Source of the DNA: Methanobacteriota archaeon
GTDB taxonomy: Archaea; Halobacteriota; Syntropharchaeia; Alkanophagales; Methanospirareceae
Assembly: GCA_034660015.1 (NCBI GenBank)
Contig: JAYEII010000142.1
Location: forward strand, 1 to 59,818
Reading direction: 5' to 3'
Length of the DNA stretch: 59,818 bases
Part shown: positions 50,577 to 58,850 of the stretch, piece by piece
Numbering within the stretch: the stretch's first letter is position 1
How the letters are laid out: each line of letters opens with the position of its first letter
Notes under the pieces: model-generated
Seen by the model: only the letters and a program-made list of their open reading frames with translations
Database searches by the model: none
Told to the model about the DNA's origin: nothing
Translations under genes and position numbers: made by a program

Positions 50577-51236
50577 ATGGATGAAAAGGGAGAGAATATA
50601 AGTGAGGACTCAATGCTTGAGCTAAGCCCTTTTCTAAAGGACGCACTGAATGAGCTTGGTAACATAGCCTCGTGTCATGCCGTAACGGCTCTGGCAGAGA
50701 TGACGGGAATGACAATAAATATAGAAGTGCCGACGGTGGATGTAGTCACAATAGGTGATGCGGAAAAACTGGTAGAGGTAGAGAGAATAGTTGCAGGGGA
50801 CTTGGTTAAGCTTGACGGCGGATTCTCTGGCTACTTACAGGTTCTGTTCCCGGAGAGAAGCGCTTTTTTAATCGTTGACCTTCTCCTCGGTAGGACACCC
50901 GGAGAGACGAAGAGCATAGAGACAGAAATGGAGGAATCGGCGTTAACGGAAACAGGAAATATATTAGCTTCTTCGTTCTGCAGTGCCATAGCGGACCTTC
51001 TTCAGTTTACGCTGATGCCATCCCCGCCCTCTTTCGCTTTTGATATGGCGGGTGCAATGGTGGAATATGCGATAATTGCCGTGGCACAAGAACACGGAAC
51101 TGAGCACATCATCCTGTTCAAGTGTGACTTTCAGGAAAACGAGAAGGACATCTACGGCTATATCCTCCTGTTTCCACACCCTGACAGTCTAAAAGGCTTG
51201 CTATCTACTCTTGAGGCGAAAGTAGGAGTGAACTAA
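50577..51236 (+). CDS. cheC: CheC-family CheY-P phosphatase
   Basis: Two CheC motifs: DALNELGNIASCHAVTALAEM and ESALTETGNILASSF. Confidence 0.88.
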   Translation: MDEKGENISEDSMLELSPFLKDALNELGNIASCHAVTALAEMTGMTINIEVPTVDVVTIGDAEKLVEVERIVAGDLVKLDGGFSGYLQVLFPERSAFLIVDLLLGRTPGETKSIETEMEESALTETGNILASSFCSAIADLLQFTLMPSPPSFAFDMAGAMVEYAIIAVAQEHGTEHIILFKCDFQENEKDIYGYILLFPHPDSLKGLLSTLEAKVGVN

Positions 51237-51258
51237 AAAGGTTAAGGAGGAAAAGAAA

Positions 51259-51918
51259 ATGAGCAAAAAAGAAGAACAAGGGGATTTAGAGTTTGAGCTA
51301 AGCGCTTTTCAGAAGGATGCACTGAATGAGCTTGGTTACAGAGCCTCACATCATGCAGTGACCTCTCTGGCAGCGATGGCGGGAGTGAAAATAAATATAG
51401 ACGTGCCGACTGTGGATGTAGTGCCGATAGAGGATGCGAAAAAACTGATAGATGCAGAGAAAAGAGTTGCAGGACTCTTACTTCAGCTTGACGGCGGATT
51501 CTCTGGGTACTTACAGGTTTTATTCCCAGAGAGGAGTGCTTTCAGTCTCGTTGACATCCTCATGGGCAAAATGCCCGGGGAGACGAAGAGCATAGAGACA
51601 GAAATGGAGGTATCGGCGTTAACGGAAACAGGAAACATATTAGCTTCTTCGTTCTGTGATGCCATTGCGGACTTTCTTAAGTTTTCCCTGCTGCCCTCTC
51701 CACCATCTTTTGCTTTTGATATGGCAGGCGCAGTGGTGGAAAATGTAATAACGGCAGTGGCACAAGCACAAGCACAAGTAACAACAGAGCGCATAATACT
51801 GTTCAAATGCGATTTTAAGGAGGAACCCTCGGAAGGAATCTACGGCTATATCATGCTGTTTCCACACCACGAAAGTCTAAAAAACCTGCTGTCCTCGCTT
51901 GATGCGAAAGTGAAATAA
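51259..51918 (+). CDS. cheC: CheC-family CheY-P phosphatase (second paralog)
   Basis: DALNELGYRASHHAVTSLAAM and VSALTETGNILASSF. It is a close paralog of the preceding gene. Confidence 0.88.
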   Translation: MSKKEEQGDLEFELSAFQKDALNELGYRASHHAVTSLAAMAGVKINIDVPTVDVVPIEDAKKLIDAEKRVAGLLLQLDGGFSGYLQVLFPERSAFSLVDILMGKMPGETKSIETEMEVSALTETGNILASSFCDAIADFLKFSLLPSPPSFAFDMAGAVVENVITAVAQAQAQVTTERIILFKCDFKEEPSEGIYGYIMLFPHHESLKNLLSSLDAKVK

Positions 51919-51930
51919 AAGAGAAATGAA

Positions 51931-52446
51931 ATGGTTATTGAACAATCTAAGTCGGAATCGGAAGGTGAGGTGGGAAGGTACTATGCAGGTATAGGAGAAA
52001 TGCAGGTAGCGCATAATCCACACCAGTTGATAATAATGGGGCTTGGCTCCTGCATAGGACTTGCTCTTTATGACAGGAATGCAAGAGTGGGCGGGATAGC
52101 ACATATAATGCTTCCTGATGGTAAAGGCGACGGCGACAATACGGGAAAGTGCTGTAAGTTTGCAGACCGCGCTGTTCCTGTGCTGTTAAAGGAAATGTTG
52201 CGATGGAAGAATGCTAAGAAGGAGCGGATAGTAGCGAAGATAGCGGGTGGTGCTTCCATGTTCTCGGCGATGGACACGCTACGAATAGGGGAGCGGAACA
52301 CGGAAGTGGTCAAGGAAGCGCTGAAGAAGGAAAGAATAAGGCTCGTTGCAGAAGACATCGGCAGGAACTGTGCCAGGACTGTTACACTGGATACGTGCAC
52401 TGGAGAATTTAGTGTGAAGACGAAAGAAGGGGTGAAAAGGATTTGA
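51931..52446 (+). CDS. cheD: chemoreceptor glutamine deamidase CheD
   Basis: GLGSCIGLALYD...GGIAHIMLP signature, about 171 aa. Confidence 0.9.
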   Translation: MVIEQSKSESEGEVGRYYAGIGEMQVAHNPHQLIIMGLGSCIGLALYDRNARVGGIAHIMLPDGKGDGDNTGKCCKFADRAVPVLLKEMLRWKNAKKERIVAKIAGGASMFSAMDTLRIGERNTEVVKEALKKERIRLVAEDIGRNCARTVTLDTCTGEFSVKTKEGVKRI

Positions 52447-52590
52447 GTTCAAAAATTGCTAAAATTGCCGGAATTTCAAAGATTGCCTAAAAGTTCAAAA
52501 ATTGCCGGAATTTCATTGAGTTCAAAAATTGCTAAAATTGGCTTAACATAACTTTATGAATTCTTTGAAATTTATGAAATTTATGAATTC
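52447..52590. repeat. F-type repeat block and hairpin (TTCAAAAATTGC / CCGGAATTTCA units against TTTATGAATTCTTTGAAATTTATGAAATTT)
   Basis: GTTCAAAAATTGCTAAAATTGCCGGAATTTCAAAGATTGCC...GTTCAAAAATTGCTAAAATTGG CTTAACATAAC TTTATGAATTCTTTGAAATTTATGAAATTTATGAATTC. The loop resembles that of 10186-10260. Confidence 0.8.
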
Positions 52591-52965
52591 TCACTCATAG
52601 TTTGATCTCTTGGAAGTGCTGTAAGAGGAAGTGAAAATTGCAAGGAGTTCACTGCATTCTTTATATACCTGTTTGACATCTGTCTGGGGGAGCATCTCAG
52701 CTTCGACAGCAACCTCAAGCCAGTACTGGGTTTCACTTGCTTCTTTCATGCATATGCTAATCTTGTTCCTGAAATCCGCTTTCGACACGGACCGATTTGC
52801 TTCACGATAATTCGCACCAACGGAAGTTCCTGCTTTAACCATTTGGTACTTAACGACCTTCCCGGCTTCCTTATTCGGCAATTTACCCGCGAGTTTGATA
52901 ATCTGAACCGCAAATTGCTTTGTCCGCTTTTCAAGCTCTTTACCCTTCTCTTTTCTGCTAACCAT
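52591..52965 (-). CDS. four-helix-bundle protein of the '23S rRNA intervening sequence protein' family
   Basis: Start taken at MVSRKEKGKELEKRTKQFAV. VVKYQMVKAGTSVGANYREANRSVSKADFRNKISICMKEASETQYWLEV is a family hallmark. Confidence 0.8.
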   Translation of the reverse strand: MVSRKEKGKELEKRTKQFAVQIIKLAGKLPNKEAGKVVKYQMVKAGTSVGANYREANRSVSKADFRNKISICMKEASETQYWLEVAVEAEMLPQTDVKQVYKECSELLAIFTSSYSTSKRSNYE

Positions 52966-53025
52966 TCTAATTCCCAATTTTTGAAATTTATGCAATTTTT
53001 GAATTCTTTGAAATTTTCTTATAGA
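52966..53025. repeat. F-type repeat arm upstream of the four-helix-bundle gene, overlapping the 3' end of cheR
   Basis: AATTTTTGAAATTTATGCAATTTTTGAATTCTTTGAAATTTTC. On the minus strand it encodes the last cheR codons, YKKISKNSKIA*. Confidence 0.75.
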
Positions 53026-53836
53026 TCCTCTCTCTTGTATTAACGCACGTAAATTTCTCTCTCGCTTCTCCGATCATTGTCTCGGTCCTGCCTATGATCA
53101 AGTACCCTCCTTCATGTAAAGCATCGTAAAAGTCGAGAAGCAACCTGCTTTGAAGTTCTTTCCCAAAGTATATGAAGACGTTCCGGCAAAAGATGATGTC
53201 GAAGTGCGAGAACTTCTTGCCCGATATAAGGTCGTGTTGCTGGAACCTCACAAGATGCTTCACATTGTCTTTTATCCGGTACTTGTCATTCTCATCCACC
53301 GCATCAAAATATTTAGATACCATGTATTTTTTAAGTTTTTTCAGCGCTGGTGCATCATAAACACCCGCTCTGGCGACACTTAGAGCTTTTACGTCTATAT
53401 CTGTTGCGTGTATCGAAACGAGGAAGTTATTTAGCTCGGGACCAAGTTTTTCGTGCAGAATAATGCCTATCGTATACGGCTCTTCACCAATGGAACACGC
53501 AGCACTCCATATCCGCACTATCTTGCTGTTTCGCTTTCTCTTCTCGGAGAGCAGTTGAGGTAATACCTCGTTTTTGAAGGCGTCAAACACCTCCAGGTCC
53601 CTGAAAAACTCCGTAACGTTTATTGTTATTCCGTCAAGAAGAGACTTGTATTCATCGTGATTTTTTTCTAAAAATCGGTAGTATTCGTTGTAAGAAGAAC
53701 CAATACCTATTGCTTTCATCCTCAGGTCTATTCTTCGTTTTAGGTAGTTATCCTTGTATTTACTGCAATCTACACCCGTTCTATCCCATATCTTCTTCTT
53801 TAGAAGATTAAAGCTGGATTCATCGTTCAATCCCAT
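52988..53836 (-). CDS. cheR: chemotaxis protein methyltransferase CheR
   Basis: TEFFRD motif, SAM-binding WSAACSIGEEPYTIGIIL and CRNVFIYF. Confidence 0.92.
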   Translation of the reverse strand: MGLNDESSFNLLKKKIWDRTGVDCSKYKDNYLKRRIDLRMKAIGIGSSYNEYYRFLEKNHDEYKSLLDGITINVTEFFRDLEVFDAFKNEVLPQLLSEKRKRNSKIVRIWSAACSIGEEPYTIGIILHEKLGPELNNFLVSIHATDIDVKALSVARAGVYDAPALKKLKKYMVSKYFDAVDENDKYRIKDNVKHLVRFQQHDLISGKKFSHFDIIFCRNVFIYFGKELQSRLLLDFYDALHEGGYLIIGRTETMIGEAREKFTCVNTRERIYKKISKNSKIA

Positions 53837-53955
53837 AGTATACCTCGTGCATTAAGAGATAAGAAACCAATGTTGATATAAAAAACTATCTTATATAGGA
53901 ATATTTTTTACAAATAAACCCTTTGAACAAAAAACAAAAAGAAAAATAATTTATT

Positions 53956-54044
53956 GACACAGATTAACGCAGATTAACACAGATGATAAAAATTAACAAT
54001 GTTCAACGTAAATAAATCCGCGTAAATCCGTGTTAATCAGTGTC
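53956..54044 (+). repeat. A-type hairpin element plus variant tail
   Basis: GACACAGATTAACGCAGATTAACACAGATGATAAAAATTAACAATG...AAATCCGCGTAAATCCGTGTTAATCAGTGTC, then TTAAATAGAAGGCAGTAATCTGTGAAATCTGTGGTTATAAA and ATG 54086. Confidence 0.9.
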
Positions 54045-54085
54045 TTAAATAGAAGGCAGTAATCTGTGAAATCTGTGGTTATAAA

Positions 54086-54772
54086 ATGAAAGCGATTATA
54101 CCATTTAAGAAGGAAAGAGCAAAATCGAGATTAGGCGGAGTTTTAAGCGAAAAGGAACGAGAAGAATTCGCTGTAAGAATGTTAGGGGATGTTTTAGTTG
54201 CACTGTCGGAATCCGAGATAGAAGAAGTCGAGATAATCTCAACGTGCTCAGAGGAAGAAATAAAGGAAGATTTGAACAGGGGGTTGAACTTAGAGTTAAA
54301 CTTAAAGCTGACCGTCAGAGAGGATGGGCGAGGGCTGAACGAAGTGCTAAATGAAGCGATAAAGGATGAAAAGGAGCCGGTGCTGATAATAATGGCTGAC
54401 GTTCCACTGGCAACGCCTGAAAGTATAAACGAAATTATCAGCCGCGAAGAGGACGTAGTGATAACACCGGGGAGAGAAGGGGGCACAAACGCTTTGTTCC
54501 TCCGTAAACCGTACAAATTCGCGGTTTCTTATTATGGTATTAGCTGTTTGAAGCATATAGAAACGGCGAAGAGGCGGGATTTGAGCTATGCCATTCACGA
54601 TTCTTTTTTTATCAGTACGGATATAGACGAGGTAGATGATTTAATCGAATTATTGATTCACGGTAGGAGTAGGGGTAGGAGTTTCTCAGCGGAATATCTA
54701 CGTGGAATCGGCGTTTCTATTCATGCAGATAACAATTCGAAAATGCGTGCAAAGGTAAAGGTGGGCAGATGA
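54086..54772 (+). CDS. cofC: 2-phospho-L-lactate guanylyltransferase (CofC, F420 biosynthesis)
   Basis: N-terminal IIPFKKERAKSRL...EREEFAVRMLGDVL and GGTNAL motifs, about 228 aa. Confidence 0.75.
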   Translation: MKAIIPFKKERAKSRLGGVLSEKEREEFAVRMLGDVLVALSESEIEEVEIISTCSEEEIKEDLNRGLNLELNLKLTVREDGRGLNEVLNEAIKDEKEPVLIIMADVPLATPESINEIISREEDVVITPGREGGTNALFLRKPYKFAVSYYGISCLKHIETAKRRDLSYAIHDSFFISTDIDEVDDLIELLIHGRSRGRSFSAEYLRGIGVSIHADNNSKMRAKVKVGR

Positions 54773-54916
54773 GCACCTTCACTTGGTCTCGGCACAGTCT
54801 AAAAAACAAGTGATTTATCACCGCCGAGAGCGCAGAGACCACAGAGTTTTTTTTAGACGGTTTTATAGCCAATAGAGTGCCTAAATCTGATTACCATTAT
54901 TCCTCTCTCGTGGAAT

Positions 54917-54957
54917 AAACCCTTTCCAGGTTTTTGGGGACGTAGGTGGAGCCCACG
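54917..54957 (+). repeat. H-type GC-rich double-hairpin module (degenerate copy)
   Basis: AAACCCTTTCCAGGTTTTTGGGGACGTAGGTGGAGCCCACG. Confidence 0.55.
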
Positions 54958-55120
54958 ATGCGTAATCTGAGGGGTTATAAAACGACTTCATATTTTTAGA
55001 ATTTTAAAAAGGTCTTTTCTAATGTCTTCATTGCCTATTATGTCCTCAATAGTGAAGAAATTGGACGAAGCGAAGCGTAGTCATTTACTGTGTTAGGTGA
55101 GGTCCAGAAACCAAATGGTT

Positions 55121-55252
55121 TTAATATTTGATTTCCTCACTGTGGGAGTCATACTTTGGCATTCTTTGCAGATAAATCCACTGGTCAAAAGTAGATTTTG
55201 GAATATTCAAAGCATTCATTATCTCCTCTCTTGAAGCACCTCTCCTTCTCAT
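55121..55252 (-). CDS. short HTH-like ORF (43 aa), possibly a remnant of an IS or regulator
   Basis: MRRRGASREEIMNALNIPKSTFDQWIYLQRMPKY resembles a helix-turn-helix. It is below the track length cutoff and is weak. Confidence 0.25.
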   Translation of the reverse strand: MRRRGASREEIMNALNIPKSTFDQWIYLQRMPKYDSHSEEIKY

Positions 55253-55353
55253 CTCCAAAGCTTGTAAAATCTGCCACGAGTTCTTACCTTAAAGTTTACA
55301 TTGATTTTATTTTTTACACACGGCTTATAACCTGACTTTCAGAGTTGTATAGG

Positions 55354-56303
55354 CTACAACCCGAAAAGCATATCCGCAAACCCCAACTTTTCGATAATCT
55401 CCTTTTGCTCTTTAGTGAGAACGGAAATTTTATCATGCCGTTCGCCCCCAACATCAAGCGTAGTTTTTCGTATTCTGCCCAGTTCATCCAGACTATCTTC
55501 AACACCTTCCCAACCCGTAACGCCTAAATGATGCTTGTACAGCGCCAGAACCAGATATGCAAGATAGCAGATAAAAATATAAATTTCGTCAATGTTTCCT
55601 TCCTCAAAATGCCTTACCGGCTGCATATCTAACCCGTTTTTGAAGCAATCGAATATCTTTTTCAATCGTGCCGTGCGTTCTCTCTCAAGATCGCTGTGAT
55701 TGAAGCAAATAATCGCCCTGCCAGGAATGTCAAACAGCGATGTAGCGATGTCTTCGTAATAGATTAGACCTAAGGGACGCATTAACTCATTTTCTTCGGA
55801 TATATCCCCCACTACAAGCTCTTTAGCCTCATTGGACGTTAAAGGGATGCCACCAATTATTTTCAGGCCATCTCCATCCAGCTTTATTAAATTATTCCTT
55901 GACGCCATCCCACGATCAAGAATTATCGCATCAATGCGGAAGTCTATCCGTTTAACATCTGCAACAAGTTGTTCTACCGTCCTCACATCCGTTACATTTC
56001 CCTCATACGTCCTGAAAAGGACGGGTAGACCTTTGTTCTTTGTTGCGACCAATCCGATGTTTATCTGGGGTCATCCCGGTTGTATCCGAGTCACGCTTTA
56101 GGCAATTTTGTCGAATAAAAATACGTGGAGGTGATGTCATAGATCAAGGTGCTCGTTTCTGTCTCAAGATGCTTTATTCTGTTGAACAGCTCAACGCACA
56201 CGTCCACGATACCTCCGGAGCCTATTTTACTGCCGGTCTTCATGACCGCACCAAGATTGCTGGAGTTTAGTTTCTCGGGAGTGATGCCGATGAGTTCTTG
56301 CAT
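55354..56303 (-). mobile_element. degraded IS4/IS1634-like DDE transposase gene (frameshifted and truncated)
   Basis: Fragment 56091..56303 carries LIYDITSTYFYS (first D region). Fragment 55354..56052 carries AIILDRGMASRNN (second D region). They are in different frames and together are much shorter than a full transposase. No inverted ends were identified. Confidence 0.6.
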
Positions 56304-56352
56304 TTCATGGGGAGGAGGATAAGGGAATAAGTTCCCCGATATTCATTGAGTA

Positions 56353-56889
56353 TCAACCCGAAATGTTCTGTTTTTCAATTTGACCATTCTTAAGGAAGGC
56401 ATGAACTATTTTTACTTCTACATTTTTCATTACCACACTGAAAAAGTGAAGCCTCTCTTTGTAATTCCCTCTATATTTATCTATGTGGGTATGAAGTGTC
56501 CCTATATTAATGAAAATGCCAAGAGGATACTCTAATTCTTTAAACATAACGTCTAACTTATAAAAATCTTCCCCTACTTTCTTTAATGTTGCATTCTTCT
56601 TGAATGCAAATACAACAAGGTTGTTTTTAGAAGTATTGGCTAATCCACTGATTTCTGTAGGTATATGAACTATAAGATCTGGTCGTTGTCCCGTTCCGTG
56701 TTCATTCAGTCTCTTTTGATATTCCTCTTCGAGGATTGCATCATCTGGAAATATTCCCTTATCATCCATAACCTCATACATAGCACAGGCAAATCGACCT
56801 TGATATCCTCTCTCGGTTTTAAAGAAACGTGGATTGTTCACTTTCTTCAATGCTTCAATTATAATCTCAATTACAATATTTGTGTCCAT
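56353..56889 (-). CDS. hypothetical protein (AT-rich cassette, downstream gene)
   Basis: 178 aa with no family I can name. QRPDLIVHIP ... NLVVFAFKKN weakly resembles a PD-(D/E)XK core. Confidence 0.4.
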   Translation of the reverse strand: MDTNIVIEIIIEALKKVNNPRFFKTERGYQGRFACAMYEVMDDKGIFPDDAILEEEYQKRLNEHGTGQRPDLIVHIPTEISGLANTSKNNLVVFAFKKNATLKKVGEDFYKLDVMFKELEYPLGIFINIGTLHTHIDKYRGNYKERLHFFSVVMKNVEVKIVHAFLKNGQIEKQNISG

Positions 56890-56927
56890 TTATACTATCT
56901 CTCTTTTTCGCCCTGTCCGCGCCACAC

Positions 56928-57410
56928 TCAGACTAAAAGTCCGAGTATCCGTTTCAGACTCCTTTTTTTTTGATACACACCAAAAAGTTGTTTGAACTTA
57001 TTTTCAAAATCTTCTTGTTCTATCTCCTTATTAAAATATTTGCCTAAAGCAATTACTATTTGTTTAAATTTGTCCGGCGGAAGCTTACTTTTTATTTGGT
57101 TAATGAGATATAAGGAAACAACAAGGCAAGAAGTAGGATCTTCAGGATTTTCATGGTCAATTGTCAATACAAGAGCATCTTCCAAAGGATCTATAACTAC
57201 TTTATTTTCAGGGTTGAATTTACTCGTAATGCCTGTGTAAAAGCATTTAAAACAGCTTTCTTTTTTCTCCTTGTCTTTATGAGAATACGCTTTTTTTAAT
57301 GCTTTTCTAACTTCTTTCATTGAGTATCTTGTATCATTCTGATATTTACTTACAACTTTATTACATGCTTCACAAGATAGAGTCTCTAAAAAAAATGTTC
57401 TCCTCCGCAT
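56928..57410 (-). CDS. putative HNH-like (beta-beta-alpha-Me, zinc-finger) nuclease (AT-rich cassette, upstream gene)
   Basis: Two CxxC pairs (CEAC, CFKC), LTIDHENPED and LINQIKSK fit a Cys4 HNH pattern. The assignment is tentative. Confidence 0.4.
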   Translation of the reverse strand: MRRRTFFLETLSCEACNKVVSKYQNDTRYSMKEVRKALKKAYSHKDKEKKESCFKCFYTGITSKFNPENKVVIDPLEDALVLTIDHENPEDPTSCLVVSLYLINQIKSKLPPDKFKQIVIALGKYFNKEIEQEDFENKFKQLFGVYQKKRSLKRILGLLV

Positions 57411-57549
57411 ATATCTCCCTCATTCATCTTCACTCTTTTTCCACACCTGTTATTCCAACCACTTTAGAACCTGCATTATGTTGTTGACATAACGATACAT
57501 AAAATCTTTTTGATTCCCGATTTTGTTAATACCACAATAGAAGAAGAAA

Positions 57550-57915
57550 ATGGCAATAAGTTTTCAGGTAATCTACGTGCTGTGGCTCAGAGAGATGAAA
57601 GGGATGTGGAGAACAAAGAGCAGAGTTGTTGGTGCGTTAGGAATGCCGATATTCTTCCTCGCGTTTCTCGGATTAGGTTTTGGGCATGCATCTATTCCGG
57701 GAATACCGGCAGGGATAAACTATATCGAGTTTCTCACACCCGGGATAATAGGGATGACCATACTTTTCAGTTCGATGTTCGCAGGCATTTCCGTTCTCGA
57801 GGATAAGGAGTTTGGATTTCTTAAGGAGGTGATGGTGGCACCGGTATCGAGAGTTTCTATTGGAATGGTAAGCATAAGTTCTTATTTATTCGCGAGTACT
57901 GAGGTGGAAAGATAA
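57550..57915 (+). pseudogene. N-terminal fragment of an ABC-2 type transporter permease
   Basis: VLWLREMKGMWRTKSRVVGALGMPIFFLAFLGLGF...LTPGIIGM...LEDKEFGFLKEVMVAPVSR is typical of the first ~105 aa. The frame then degenerates and stops. There is no cognate ATPase gene upstream. Confidence 0.65.
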
Positions 57916-57988
57916 ATCTATTTGTTAAATTCCACCGCAGAGCACACGGAGACCGCAAAGGCACCAGAAAGAATAATTTTTGATAATC

Positions 57989-58081
57989 GGACGCAGATGA
58001 ACGCAGATAATCAGGATTTTAAAGTTAAATGTAAGGCATTTGATAATTTGAGGAAATAGTTTTCTGCGTAAATCGGCGTCC
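57989..58081 (+). repeat. C-type hairpin element
   Basis: GGACGCAGATGAACGCAGATAATCAGGATTTTAAAGTTAAATGTAAGGCATTTGATAATTTGAGGAAATAGTTTTCTGCGTAAATCGGCGTCC. It is preceded by a T-type module at 57925-57965. Confidence 0.85.
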
Positions 58082-58830
58082 TAAATATTTCCGTGGCATT
58101 CCGTTTTTGCCCGGATGCCTTTTCTGTTCCTAACCGCTTTTGTAATTCTGGTTTGCAGCCTGTTAACACATTTTCCAACCTTCTTCCAGTCGACATCAGT
58201 CCACTGGAGTTTTGATCGAATGTCTGTAAGTCTCTCGCCTTTTAGCGGCGTAATTGAACTACTTACATTCACAGGTTTGCCTCCGTTCATACAATGAAAC
58301 ACCATTCGGTAAGTCAGCACCCTTTCGAGTTAGGGCAAATTTTGAACCCCTATACGCCTCATTACAAGATGTCATTCGCTTTTTACCGATTCCTCTACCC
58401 TCTATGCCATCGTTTACCCTTACGAGGTCCCTACCCGGCAATTTCGGGAGCATATAGGGCTTACCAAGTTCTACATCGCAGATAACTATGAACGCCTTAG
58501 AAGCCATCTGTGAGCCGAGAACCGTTTGTCCATTCCCCATTACGTCCAAGTAACCGTTATGGTCTGATTCCGCACCTTTTGGTCTAAGCGTATCAACCCA
58601 ATTTCGCTTATTCTAATTTACGACTCTTACAATGGTTCGCATTACACTCTTCATAGCGTTCTTATCCTGGCAGTTGATCTGAGCTGGGTTCTCAGATTTT
58701 CCCACGTTGTCCTGCGAGCATACCACGCAAGCGTTACCCCCGGCGTGTTCCGCAGTAGGATTACCACGAATGGATGTGGTAGCCACAAAAGGGCAATCCG
58801 CGATGCAACTTCTTGTCAACAGACTTGATT
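58081..58830 (-). mobile_element. 5' portion of a group II intron (ribozyme domains plus the first ~40 codons of the RT ORF), truncated
   Basis: The minus-strand ORF start reads ...LQWTDVDWKKVGKCVNRLQTRITKAV, a typical N-terminus for a group II intron reverse transcriptase. The upstream ~500 nt is structured non-coding sequence containing GTGCGG. The RT is cut off where the C-type repeat begins. The 5' boundary is uncertain. Confidence 0.55.
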
Positions 58831-58850
58831 TTTAGACTGTGCCCTTTTCC

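Noticed and set aside
58254-58549. ORFs in 58254..58549 on both strands (58254..58457 +, 58294..58485 +, 58259..58549 -) as protein-coding genes
   Set aside because: The region is better explained as the non-coding ribozyme portion of the truncated group II intron. The ORFs have no RBS or known motifs.
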